Assembly (NCBI GenBank): GCA_016432325.1
Contig: CP066684.1
Span: 128,001 to 192,000, forward strand
Source: Candidatus Aenigmatarchaeota archaeon
GTDB lineage: Archaea > Aenigmatarchaeota > Aenigmatarchaeia > PWEA01 > JACQIF01
Length of the DNA: 64,000 nt
Direction of reading: 5' to 3'
In this document: positions 17,772 through 26,750 of the stretch, in pieces
How the letters are laid out: each line of letters opens with the position of its first letter
Numbering within the stretch: the first letter of the stretch is position 1
Notes under the pieces: generated by a model
What the model saw: only the letters and a program-made list of their open reading frames with translations
Told to the model about the DNA's origin: nothing
Databases searched by the model: none
Position numbers and translations under genes: made by a program

Positions 17772-19409
17772 CTAACCCGTCGTCTCCAGCGCCGCAAAGA
17801 GCTTGTCCGGGCTGTCGTAAGGCCCTCGGCACGTCTCGCGCACGCACACAGTCGCTTCCGCTTTCGCGCCTTCCGCGTGTTTTATGACAATGCGTTCGGA
17901 GAGCCTTGAAAGCACGTTCCTGATGAAAGGACCGAGCTTCTCTGGATCGCCTGTCAGAGAGACCTCCACGAATCCGCGTTCCTTGTACATGATAGCTTCG
18001 ACGTACTGCGGAGCAAACACGGACCGCTTCTCCACGAGTCCCGCCAGTTCGTTCAGCGCGTTTTCAGCCAGTATCCTGTACTTTTCTTCACCCGTAATAG
18101 CGAACAGCTTTAGAAGAACCGTCGCGGCGAAGCCGTTGTCGTCCGCGTCCTTGTGCTTGGCGGCCATCAGGCCGTGTCCGTCGGTGCTCGCAACGTCATA
18201 GAACGCTCCCAACGAACCGAAGTCGGCTACCATCGCGTCTGCGACGTTAAGCGCGGAGACAAGATAATCCTTTTCGAGAGTGCATTGGTACGCCTTCAGC
18301 AGCGCGTTCGCCAGCGCGGTCGCGTCTGCGAGAGTCGCGGGCGCGCTCGTGCGCGGCCAGAAATGGTACACGCGTTCTCCGTCGAAGCATTTTTCAAGGA
18401 CGGTTCTTAGCGTCTGAAGCGCCGATGTCCTGTACGCGTCTTCTTTCAATGCAACGGACGCGTCGAGCAGCGCGCAGACCGCCCAGCAGTTCCAATCGGT
18501 GTAGAGGGTCTTGTCGACGTTCGGCGCTTTCCGTTTGGCGCGTTCGTCGGCGTTGAGCTTGTAGTACTCCTCATCGGCGTCCTGGCTGCCGTAGAAGTAA
18601 TGTTCCTTGTCGTCGTAAAGCGTCTTCAACATGTACCGTGCCGTCTGCTCAGCAGCGCTCAAGAACAGCTTGTCTCCGAGATTCACATACGCGCGGAGAA
18701 GGATGGAAACGAGCCTCGAGTTGTCTTCCAGCAGTTTCTCATAATGAGGAGCCGTCCATTCTCTCTGCGTGGCGTAGCGGAAGAAGCCGCCTCCGATGCG
18801 GTCGAACATGCCGCCGCCTGCCATTCTCTGAAGCGTGAGCACCATGCGATCGCGCCAGCCTTTGCCTTCCTCGGCGAGCGCGAACAGCAGTCCGTAAAGA
18901 TTCGTCTGCGGGAACTTCGCGTTGAGACCGAAGCCCCCGTTCTGCGTGTCATAAAGCTCTTCAAGCCACGTGCGGTACGCTTCAACGATGTGCGTTCCGG
19001 GCTTGCCTTCCTCGAAGCGCGGCTCCGCGGCTTTCAGCGCATTCTTTTCCAGCGTTTCCCTGTCTTCTCTGTAGAGCTTCTGCGCCTGCTCGAGCAATTG
19101 GATCATCTGCGCCGGCGGCACGTACGTTGCGCCTGTTATGAGGTTCCCGTCAGGCGTCAGCAGCGCGGTGGTGGGCCATCCGCCGAGATTGTATCTGGCA
19201 TTCACGTCAGGCCGCTTATCGGTGTCGACGCGTATTGGAACGAATTTCTCGTTAAGAAGAGCGGCAACCTTCGGGTCTGCGTACGTATCGGCATCCATGC
19301 GGTGGCACCAGTGGCACCACACGGCGCTGATATCCAGCAGCACGAGCTTGTCTTCGCTCTTCGCTTTCTGGAAGGCATCGTCCCCCCATTCGAACCATTG
19401 GACGTCCAT
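17772..19409 (-). CDS. Thioredoxin-domain YyaL/SSP411-family protein
   Basis: WGDDAF..AK.EDK, WCHWCH.M, RPDV...Y..GGWP, GGFFRY, PHYEKLL.DN, SQDAD. Confidence 0.92.
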   Translation of the reverse strand: MDVQWFEWGDDAFQKAKSEDKLVLLDISAVWCHWCHRMDADTYADPKVAALLNEKFVPIRVDTDKRPDVNARYNLGGWPTTALLTPDGNLITGATYVPPAQMIQLLEQAQKLYREDRETLEKNALKAAEPRFEEGKPGTHIVEAYRTWLEELYDTQNGGFGLNAKFPQTNLYGLLFALAEEGKGWRDRMVLTLQRMAGGGMFDRIGGGFFRYATQREWTAPHYEKLLEDNSRLVSILLRAYVNLGDKLFLSAAEQTARYMLKTLYDDKEHYFYGSQDADEEYYKLNADERAKRKAPNVDKTLYTDWNCWAVCALLDASVALKEDAYRTSALQTLRTVLEKCFDGERVYHFWPRTSAPATLADATALANALLKAYQCTLEKDYLVSALNVADAMVADFGSLGAFYDVASTDGHGLMAAKHKDADDNGFAATVLLKLFAITGEEKYRILAENALNELAGLVEKRSVFAPQYVEAIMYKERGFVEVSLTGDPEKLGPFIRNVLSRLSERIVIKHAEGAKAEATVCVRETCRGPYDSPDKLFAALETTG

Positions 19410-19458
19410 GCTTAACGTACGCGGCAGGTTATTTATGTGCGGAATCCGCACGTGAACT

Positions 19459-20259
19459 ATGGCGTTTCTGGATAGAGTAAGGGGAGCGGACGTCTACGAC
19501 ACAATCCTCGTCTTTCTGTACATTCTGGCCGCGATAGGGATATACAAGCTCGGGACGGACGCTTTGATTACATTCGCCGTTACTACGACTGTCGCAGTCG
19601 CCATAGACTTCGTAATCTACACCATTCGCAAGAGGCCCGTTAACTTCCGCAGTCTGCGCAAGGCGCTGATAACGGCTTCATTCGTTGCGTTCCTGATGCC
19701 TCCGGGGGTCGCGCTCTATCTGCCTGCTCTTGCCGCGACTCTGGCTGTGCTGTCAAAGCACGTGTTGCATCTTCCGAAAAAGAAACATATCTTTAATCCC
19801 GCGGCCTTCGGGGCGTTCGTCACAGCCTCGTTGTTCGCCTTGCCTGTCGCATGGTGGGGCGCCGACGCGTATGCCGTGTGGATACTCGGGCCCTTGTTGA
19901 TTTACAGATTCAAGAGACTCGAGCTTCCTGCGACGCTGCTGCTGGCGTACGGCGTCTTGTCCACCGTAGGATTGTATGCAGGTCTCAACACGCCGCGCAT
20001 CGACGTCGTGTTAATGCAGAACATCCCGCTCGTAATGCTTGCCTTTTTTATGGCCACGGAGCCTGTTACGAGCCCGTACACGAGAAACGGGAGAATCGTG
20101 TTCGGAGCGCTGGCAGCTGTTACGATATTCTCCGCAGGGGTTGTTGGAGGAATAGATGCCTTGTTGGGAGGGCTGCTCGTTGCGAACGTTTTCACGCCGC
20201 TGATAAACCGTTTCACCGCGCCGCGTCTTACTCAACCACAACAGAGCCAAACAGCGTAG
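19459..20259 (+). CDS. RnfD/NqrB-like membrane protein (orphan)
   Basis: SKH....HIFNPAA and FFMATEPVTSP. Confidence 0.8.
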   Translation: MAFLDRVRGADVYDTILVFLYILAAIGIYKLGTDALITFAVTTTVAVAIDFVIYTIRKRPVNFRSLRKALITASFVAFLMPPGVALYLPALAATLAVLSKHVLHLPKKKHIFNPAAFGAFVTASLFALPVAWWGADAYAVWILGPLLIYRFKRLELPATLLLAYGVLSTVGLYAGLNTPRIDVVLMQNIPLVMLAFFMATEPVTSPYTRNGRIVFGALAAVTIFSAGVVGGIDALLGGLLVANVFTPLINRFTAPRLTQPQQSQTA

Positions 20260-20671
20260 GGTTCAGGTGGTCGTGGTAGAAGAACGTGCCTGTTTGTATG
20301 AACGTAAACGCGTACGATTCGCCCGGCGCTATCCCCTTGCAAGAGTCGAACGCGCCAGCTTTCGCCACGCCTTCTGCAGAGCAGGAGCGTGTCCCGCCGT
20401 ACGTTCCTGGCTCATAGTAGGCCGCTCCTGGATACGAGTCGTGCAGAGGGTGCATGGCCGACGCGACCCAGTGGTTGGCCGTGTTGGCGTTCGTCCACGT
20501 AACGGTTCCACCCTGTCTTATCGTGACTTCGTTGGGAGCGAATCCGGCCGCGGTTATCGTTATCGTTGCCGTCTCAGGCGCGGGCTGGGTTTCTACAGCG
20601 CCGGTCTGAGGGGCGCTTCCCGTGCATCCGGCGACGAGAACGAGCAAAAGGAGCGCATAAACGGCTTTCAT
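20228..20671 (-). CDS. Cupredoxin-fold lipoprotein with atypical metal site
   Basis: LVAGC lipobox, F.P..VTI..G.TVTWTN, PGESY.FTF..GTF.YHDH. Confidence 0.8.
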   Translation of the reverse strand: MKAVYALLLLVLVAGCTGSAPQTGAVETQPAPETATITITAAGFAPNEVTIRQGGTVTWTNANTANHWVASAMHPLHDSYPGAAYYEPGTYGGTRSCSAEGVAKAGAFDSCKGIAPGESYAFTFIQTGTFFYHDHLNPTLFGSVVVE

Positions 20672-20720
20672 AGGCAACGTAAATCCGGCAGATATATAAA
20701 GGTTCGGATTCGAAATAGGA

Positions 20721-21098
20721 ATGGGTGTGAGAATGGAAGTTCTCGCGAATAGAGACTACACCGAAGGAATGCTGGCCAGAGACAGGCATAAACACGAGGG
20801 CGTTATAGCCGCTGTCATAGAAGAACGTGGAATATACCCGCTCACGTTATTGAGTGGCGGTCAGTCCAGCGCGAGCGAGCCTCACAAGACAGAGGAATAC
20901 AGGGGCGGGTTGCGCGCCGAGTATTTCGCGGACTCGGTATGCGTGACTGTCGGCAATCCGGACAAACCGAGAATAACAGAACTTTTCCCCGCGAACGCCC
21001 AGTGGCAAGCCGTTCTGGAGAAGCGCGTCAAGGACGCCGAGGACTCCAAAGCGCTGCGCAAGTTCAGGAGCCTAAACGCGCGGAAGAACGGGGATTGA
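20721..21098 (+). CDS. Hypothetical protein
   Basis: ORF downstream of a shared TATA at about 20693. Confidence 0.55.
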   Translation: MGVRMEVLANRDYTEGMLARDRHKHEGVIAAVIEERGIYPLTLLSGGQSSASEPHKTEEYRGGLRAEYFADSVCVTVGNPDKPRITELFPANAQWQAVLEKRVKDAEDSKALRKFRSLNARKNGD

Positions 21099-21105
21099 CG
21101 ATAGC

Positions 21106-21858
21106 CTAGTCCTCAACCCTCGGCGCGAGCAAAAATCGCATGCTGGCTTTTTCTGGATTAATGAACTCTATGCGCATCGGGAAGTCCTTGCCGAAGCTTA
21201 TCGAAGCGACGTCCGCTATGCGAGCGCCCCTTATCATCTTCTTGAGATAGTCCAGGGGATAACGCGAACGCGCGGGCTTGCCGTTGAGAGACAGGAGGCC
21301 GCCGTTCTTGTCCACGCGCAGCTCAGCGGACGAAGAGTCGCCGTCAGTGCGCATCACGAGCGCGTCGTCCTCGCTTTCAAAAACGAGAGAATCGGAAACG
21401 ATTGCCGCGTCGCTCACTCCTTCCTCGATGACAGGCGTGCGTATCTGCAGTTTTGTAGAGAAATCCAGATTGTCCGGAGAAGGAACCTCGCCTTCGGTTA
21501 TGTCCAGCAACGGCATTGAGAACTTGCGTGTCGTCTCGCCGACCATCTTCACGTTGAGCTTTGACTCGTCGTCGGAGAGCGACAGCTCGAGCTTGTCTTT
21601 TGCGCCAGCCCGTTTCAAAATCTGCAGGAGGCTGTCGACGTTGAGGCCCATCTTGATGGTGCCCGACACCTCGTATACCTCAAAAACGTTCTTGTCGAGC
21701 TTGAAATCGACGACCGCCACGATGGCGCGGTCGGTGGCGTTAAACGAAATCCCGTCCTTGTCCGCCTTGAATATGCCTTCTCCTATGAGCTGTGATATTG
21801 TATCGACGGCGTCGCGCAAGAGGGATACGTCTGTCAAAACTGCCCTAAAAACTGACAT
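21106..21858 (-). CDS. pcn: PCNA sliding clamp
   Basis: ATDRA.VAVVD, SRYPLDYLKK, DFPMRIEF, FLLAPRVE. Confidence 0.96.
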   Translation of the reverse strand: MSVFRAVLTDVSLLRDAVDTISQLIGEGIFKADKDGISFNATDRAIVAVVDFKLDKNVFEVYEVSGTIKMGLNVDSLLQILKRAGAKDKLELSLSDDESKLNVKMVGETTRKFSMPLLDITEGEVPSPDNLDFSTKLQIRTPVIEEGVSDAAIVSDSLVFESEDDALVMRTDGDSSSAELRVDKNGGLLSLNGKPARSRYPLDYLKKMIRGARIADVASISFGKDFPMRIEFINPEKASMRFLLAPRVED

Positions 21859-21862
21859 CTGT

Positions 21863-22219
21863 TTAACCCCTCTGTAGTTCTCGTTTCAAGGATTTATATA
21901 GCCCTATATCCAGCCCGTCCATCTTCTGGACGGTCTCAGCCTCTATGTGCAGTGCGCCTTCCGTGGAACGGACGCGGCCTATGACACGCACGACAGAGCC
22001 CTGTACGGCCGGTTTGGCGTCCGGTTGGAGGAGGACCTCGATGCTGTCCGTTCCATCGTCCAGAACGAGCCGCTCCGTGTTCGCGTTGACCACCGTGCCG
22101 AGGATGGCGACGCGTATGTCACGCTCGTTGACGTCTGTTACGTTCTTTTCTTTCATCGGTACGCGCTTGAACGCGAACGATTCACCATAGTCTTCTGTCA
22201 GTTCTGGCAACCTAACCAC
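21863..22219 (-). CDS. Single OB-fold protein, RPA small-subunit-like
   Basis: RVAILGTVV, LDDGT.SI.V, VRVIGRV, AE.VQ.M..LD..LY. Confidence 0.75.
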   Translation of the reverse strand: MVRLPELTEDYGESFAFKRVPMKEKNVTDVNERDIRVAILGTVVNANTERLVLDDGTDSIEVLLQPDAKPAVQGSVVRVIGRVRSTEGALHIEAETVQKMDGLDIGLYKSLKRELQRG

Positions 22220-22224
22220 CTTAC

Positions 22225-22263
22225 TGCCGGAAACTTGAAACCCGCGGTTTCATAGTTCGGGCA
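22225..22263. repeat. TGAAACC-CGC-GGTTTCA hairpin element in the uppS-RPA spacer
   Basis: Perfect 7-bp stem with a triloop at 22236-22252, extended by AACT/AGTT and TGCC/GGCA. Confidence 0.6.
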
Positions 22264-22268
22264 TGATT

Positions 22269-22982
22269 TCACTTCCCAAACCTTCTTTGTCTCTTCCTGT
22301 ACTCGTCGAGAACGCGCACGAATGTGCGCTTGTCAAGTTCGGGCCACCGCTTGTCGACGAAGAAGAGCTCCGCATAGGCGGACTGCCAGATGAGGAAGTT
22401 CGAGAGCCTCTTCTCGCCGCCCGTGCGTACAATCATGTCAGGGTACGGAATCTCGCCGTTCATATAGAGGTAGTGAGCGAACAGGCGCTCGTCTATCTCG
22501 TTAGCGCGTATCGTTCCGCCGCTCACACGTTCGGCAATCGCGCGGCACGCGTCGACGATCTCCTGCTGGCCGCCGTATGCGACGCAGACTGTCAGGAAGT
22601 GCTTGCTGTAGCGGGACGTCAGGGACTCGACCTTGTGCATCTGCTTCTGCAGTTCCAGAGGAAGCATCTCAAGGCGTCCGATGAAGCGCACGCGCGTCTT
22701 CGTTGTGTGAACCGGATGGTCTTCGGTCAGTATTACGTCCAGCTCTTCCCCGAAATACTTGAGAATCATCTCAAGCTCGCGCTTGGGACGGGACCTATAG
22801 TTCTCTGCGGAGAGCACGTACGCGCTCACGTAAGGAATTCCGAACTCCTCCGCCCACGTAAGCACCTCACGTGCCTTCCGGATGCCGGCTTTGTGTCCGT
22901 ACCACGGCGTCTTCATGAGTTCGCGTGCGTAACGGCGGTTGCCGTCGAGGATTATGCCAACGTGTCTAGGATTGCTTTCCAT
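22269..22982 (-). CDS. uppS: cis-prenyltransferase (polyprenyl diphosphate synthase)
   Basis: HVGIILDGNRRYA, S.EN..R, AYGG..EI, RTGGEKRLSNFLIWQSAYAE. Confidence 0.96.
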   Translation of the reverse strand: MESNPRHVGIILDGNRRYARELMKTPWYGHKAGIRKAREVLTWAEEFGIPYVSAYVLSAENYRSRPKRELEMILKYFGEELDVILTEDHPVHTTKTRVRFIGRLEMLPLELQKQMHKVESLTSRYSKHFLTVCVAYGGQQEIVDACRAIAERVSGGTIRANEIDERLFAHYLYMNGEIPYPDMIVRTGGEKRLSNFLIWQSAYAELFFVDKRWPELDKRTFVRVLDEYRKRQRRFGK

Positions 22983-23061
22983 CGTACACCCACACTCTGC
23001 TAATCTCTCGTTCTGCTCGCTTATATAAATGCCGCGGTTAAAAGCTTTTCCGGTGCTTGTA

Positions 23062-23925
23062 TTGGTTCTGGAGAACCTGCCTCTCTACGTCGCGCTCGTC
23101 GGTTCGGCGACAGCCGGTTACATAGACCTGCGCACGACAGAAATTCCGGATGAGATACCTTTGTCCATGGCGGTTTTCGGGCTTTTCTGGGCCGCGTTAG
23201 CGTACGTAACGTCAGGAAGCGCGATTCTCGTGCAAAGCGCGATCGTGGGAGGGCTCTTCTTCGCTCTCGGTTACGTGATGTATTACACGGGGCAGTGGGG
23301 GGGAGGCGACGCTAAACTTATGGCGGCCATAGGCGTGCTCGTTCCTCAGGCGCCGGCGTTTGCGGTCGCAACTCTGTTTCCGTTTGCGATGAGCATGCTC
23401 CTGAACGTCTTTATGCTGGGCGCCGTGTATATAGTCGCCTACTCACTGACCGTTTCTCTGCCGAATCGCACGGTCACGCGCGCGTTCCTGGTTGACGTGA
23501 AAGGAGGAATGAAGGAGATTGGAATCTTCGCAGTGGCGCTGACCATCGCCGTCGTGGCTGCGGTGAGGTTTGCCACCGGAGGGTTTTCACAGGCGAGCCT
23601 GACGTTCGCGTTTTCTCTCGTACCCGGCGGTCTGGGACTTTTCCTCTTGTGGAAGTTCCTGCGCGTCGTCGAGCGCGTCGGTTTCCAGAAGAGGATAAAG
23701 ACACAAGCGCTGCGCGTGGGAGACATGCTTGGGGAAGACGTGCGGGAACTGAAGATGTACAAAAAGTTATTGCGCGGCTTGGAGGAGAACGAGATAAGGA
23801 AAATAAGGCGCGTTCGCAGGATGATTCTGATAAGGGAAGGCGTTCGCTTCGGTCCCGTCTTCATGCTGGCGCTGCTGTACACGATATTCTACGGCGATGT
23901 GATGGCGCTGTTCTCGGTGGTTTAG
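23062..23925 (+). CDS. A24 prepilin/prearchaellin peptidase (FlaK/PibD-like)
   Basis: DLRTTEIPD, WGGGDAK and C-terminal G..F.P.F; start uncertain (23029 or 23062). Confidence 0.88.
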   Translation: MVLENLPLYVALVGSATAGYIDLRTTEIPDEIPLSMAVFGLFWAALAYVTSGSAILVQSAIVGGLFFALGYVMYYTGQWGGGDAKLMAAIGVLVPQAPAFAVATLFPFAMSMLLNVFMLGAVYIVAYSLTVSLPNRTVTRAFLVDVKGGMKEIGIFAVALTIAVVAAVRFATGGFSQASLTFAFSLVPGGLGLFLLWKFLRVVERVGFQKRIKTQALRVGDMLGEDVRELKMYKKLLRGLEENEIRKIRRVRRMILIREGVRFGPVFMLALLYTIFYGDVMALFSVV

Positions 23926-24752
23926 TGGCGTACATCGAGATTTTGAGACCGGTCAACTGCGCGATGGCTGCCGTTGCTGTTGTTCTGGGAGCCCTTCTTG
24001 TGAACGCCACAGGCGGCGCGCTCGCGATAGCCGCGCTCTCCGCGTTCCTGATAACAGGCGCCGGGATGGTCGTCAATGACTACTTTGACGTCCGTATAGA
24101 CAGGATAAACAGGCCGCAGAGACCGATACCGTCGGGCCGCGTGTCGTTGAGAAACGCCGCGATATATTCAGGCGCGCTGTTCGGAACGGGAATCGGTTTG
24201 ACGTTCGCTCTCAATCCGTATATGTTCGGGCTGGCGGTTTTCAACTCTGCGCTCGAAATCGTATACGCATGGAAACTCAAGAAGACGCCTTTTCTGGGCA
24301 ATGTGCTCGTAAGCTGGCTTGTAGCGTCCACGTACATCTTCGGAGGAATGGTTTCAGTGCCCGGGAAGCTCGGCATCCTCTTCCAGCTGGTTCCTGTAGT
24401 GCTGTTCGCCATTGTCGCGTTCTTGGGCAACCTTGCGCGCGAGCTGTACAAGACCGCGGCCGATTACAAGGGGGACAAGCGCGAGCGCGCGCGAACGGTT
24501 GCTGTGCTCTTCGGCCCGCCTTTCGCCAAGCGGCTCGGAGACGTTTTTGTTGTCGTATCGTCGCTATCCAGTCTGCTCGTTTACATTCTGGGCATACTCG
24601 GCATAGCGTATCTCGTGGTCCAAATGGCGTCCATCGCGGTTTACGTCTCATGCGTTTTCCTCAAGCCGGAAGAAGCCGAAAAACGAACGAAGCTGGGCAT
24701 GGTAATAGGACTGGTCGCGATAGCGGCGGGGCTTGCGGTGCCCTGGTATTGA
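23925..24752 (+). CDS. UbiA-family digeranylgeranylglyceryl phosphate synthase
   Basis: RPVNC, NDYFD..IDRINRP.RPIPSGRVS, Y..KLK..P..GN, REL.K...D..GD; next to GGGP synthase. Confidence 0.88.
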   Translation: MAYIEILRPVNCAMAAVAVVLGALLVNATGGALAIAALSAFLITGAGMVVNDYFDVRIDRINRPQRPIPSGRVSLRNAAIYSGALFGTGIGLTFALNPYMFGLAVFNSALEIVYAWKLKKTPFLGNVLVSWLVASTYIFGGMVSVPGKLGILFQLVPVVLFAIVAFLGNLARELYKTAADYKGDKRERARTVAVLFGPPFAKRLGDVFVVVSSLSSLLVYILGILGIAYLVVQMASIAVYVSCVFLKPEEAEKRTKLGMVIGLVAIAAGLAVPWY

Positions 24753-24814
24753 GTTCAAGACGCGCCATCGCCTTTAAATAGTCCGCGTTTTCCACTTCAG
24801 GCCAAGGGGATACG

Positions 24815-25639
24815 GTGTCTATAGAATTGCGTATCAACGGGAAGATGCGTGTCGGACGTGTCGAGCGATATCTTCACCAGCGCCTCGAACGGACAGGCGC
24901 GCTTCACTTCACGCTGCTCGACCCCGAACACAAGGAAGAGGACAAGATACGCACCATTATAGACGGCGCGGAGAAGGCAGGAACGGACGCGTACCTCATC
25001 GGCGGTTCCCTCGGCGTCGTGCAGTCCGTCGCCGTGCACATGGTCAAGCTTCTCAGGTCCATGACGACCAAACCCATAATCCTCTTCCCCGGAAACGCGG
25101 ATGCGGTGACTCACATGGCGGACGCGATATTCTTCCACTCTCTGCTGAACTCCAGGAACCCATACTGGATATCCGGCGTGCAGGCTCTCGGGGCGCCCAT
25201 CGTCCGCGAACTCAAGATTGAGCCGATACCAATGGCCTACATAATAATGGAGCCCGGCGGCACAGCCTCTTTCATGGGAGACGCGAAACCGATACCCAAC
25301 GAGAAACCGGACATCGCGGCCGCGTACGCAATGGCCGGTCAGTACATGGGGATGCGCATAATCTACTTGGAAGCCGGTTCGGGCGCCAAGACGCCGGTGA
25401 ACCCCCGCGTCGTGGAGATTGTACGCAAGGCCGTCGAAGTGCCAATAATAGTTGGCGGAGGCATTCGCAGCGCCTCTGAAGCCAAGAAGCGCGTCCGCGC
25501 AGGAGCCGATATCATCGTCACAGGAACCCTGACAGAACAGGCGACGGACGTCGAGAAGGCCCTGACGTCCATGATAAAGGCGATAAAAAGCGAGGGAAAG
25601 AAGCGCCTCAAAGGCTCGCGCGGGCTCCTAAAGCTGTAA
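24815..25639 (+). CDS. Geranylgeranylglyceryl phosphate synthase
   Basis: HFTLLDP, IGGS, ILFPG, SLLNSRNPYWI, YLEAGSGA, VGGGIR. Confidence 0.95.
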   Translation: MSIELRINGKMRVGRVERYLHQRLERTGALHFTLLDPEHKEEDKIRTIIDGAEKAGTDAYLIGGSLGVVQSVAVHMVKLLRSMTTKPIILFPGNADAVTHMADAIFFHSLLNSRNPYWISGVQALGAPIVRELKIEPIPMAYIIMEPGGTASFMGDAKPIPNEKPDIAAAYAMAGQYMGMRIIYLEAGSGAKTPVNPRVVEIVRKAVEVPIIVGGGIRSASEAKKRVRAGADIIVTGTLTEQATDVEKALTSMIKAIKSEGKKRLKGSRGLLKL

Positions 25640-26705
25640 CTTCTTTCAGCATGTCAATCCATTCGACTTTCTGCGAAGGGACCTTGTTCCACAGAGTGTA
25701 ACGCTCCGGGCGGACAGCGCTGGCCTTCTTGAGGAGTTCGGCCACCTGCTCCGGACTGTTTTCTTCGAGAGGCCTCAGCACGTAGCCGAGAAGGTCCCTC
25801 TCCTCAAAGAGTTCAATCAGTTCGTCGAAGAGCGTGCTCGCGTCAAAGAACAGGCCCGCGGGCATTTGCGAAGCGTTATGCTTGTACACGAGCGCAGTCA
25901 GGAGCGTGGACGTGCCGACAAGCTGCCCGTGGAAATAGCCGTTCTTCAAGAACGGGGCCAAAAGCTTTTCCAGTTCGTGCTCGGCGCCTGAGCAGTAACG
26001 AGACGAGTCGTGCATCGCCAGCCCGGAAAGGAACAGCGCTTCTGCGAGATCGTCTTCGTCGTGTTCGTTCAGGACGCGCAGCGCGGCCTCAGCCGCCATG
26101 GACATGTGGCGGTTGTCAGGCACGAAAGACGACTCGGCCATTGCAAGAGAAACGTCCTGCAGCGCCATCACGTCAGAGAGAACGTCCAGTCGCCCCGCCT
26201 TCTGGAGCTCGCCCGATTTTTTCCAGAGATATTCGGGGATCACTATCTTTACCGGATACTTTGTGGGATAGGATTTTTTGGTGCCGTTTATCAGGGCGCA
26301 GTTCCTCGACAAGAGCCCATCGTGCGTCGGAGCCGTCGGAACCGAGACTAGGGGAGCGCCGGAGCGGAACGCGACCATCTTCGCGACATCCAGCACGCGT
26401 CCGCCTCCGAAGCCCATCACGGTCGTAGGACGGGACATTGCGAGTATCGTATCTACGGTCTCCACGCTTTCTGTCTGTACGGAGAAGATGCGTTCCTCCT
26501 TGTACACTCCCAGTTTTTTCAGGTAGTCGAGCATGAAGGAATTATCCGTCAACACGGCGAGGCCTGAGCCGTCGCGCGGCAGCGTTTCAACGAGCCTCTC
26601 CTCGGACGCGCAATAGACAAACCGCGTGCCCGCATGGCGGACCGCGCCCTCGAGGCTCGTGCGTCCCGTTGCCCTCAGGATTCTGAGGAGCGATGTGGAA
26701 AGCAT
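25608..26705 (-). CDS. egsA: sn-glycerol-1-phosphate dehydrogenase
   Basis: GFGGGRVLDVAK, SVPTAPTHDG, SR..SGAEH, HGQLVG; lipid-gene context. Confidence 0.82.
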   Translation of the reverse strand: MLSTSLLRILRATGRTSLEGAVRHAGTRFVYCASEERLVETLPRDGSGLAVLTDNSFMLDYLKKLGVYKEERIFSVQTESVETVDTILAMSRPTTVMGFGGGRVLDVAKMVAFRSGAPLVSVPTAPTHDGLLSRNCALINGTKKSYPTKYPVKIVIPEYLWKKSGELQKAGRLDVLSDVMALQDVSLAMAESSFVPDNRHMSMAAEAALRVLNEHDEDDLAEALFLSGLAMHDSSRYCSGAEHELEKLLAPFLKNGYFHGQLVGTSTLLTALVYKHNASQMPAGLFFDASTLFDELIELFEERDLLGYVLRPLEENSPEQVAELLKKASAVRPERYTLWNKVPSQKVEWIDMLKEVTALGARASL

Positions 26706-26750
26706 GTCAAAAAGGACTATTGTTTAGGATATAAAGACGGCGTCTTCCGG

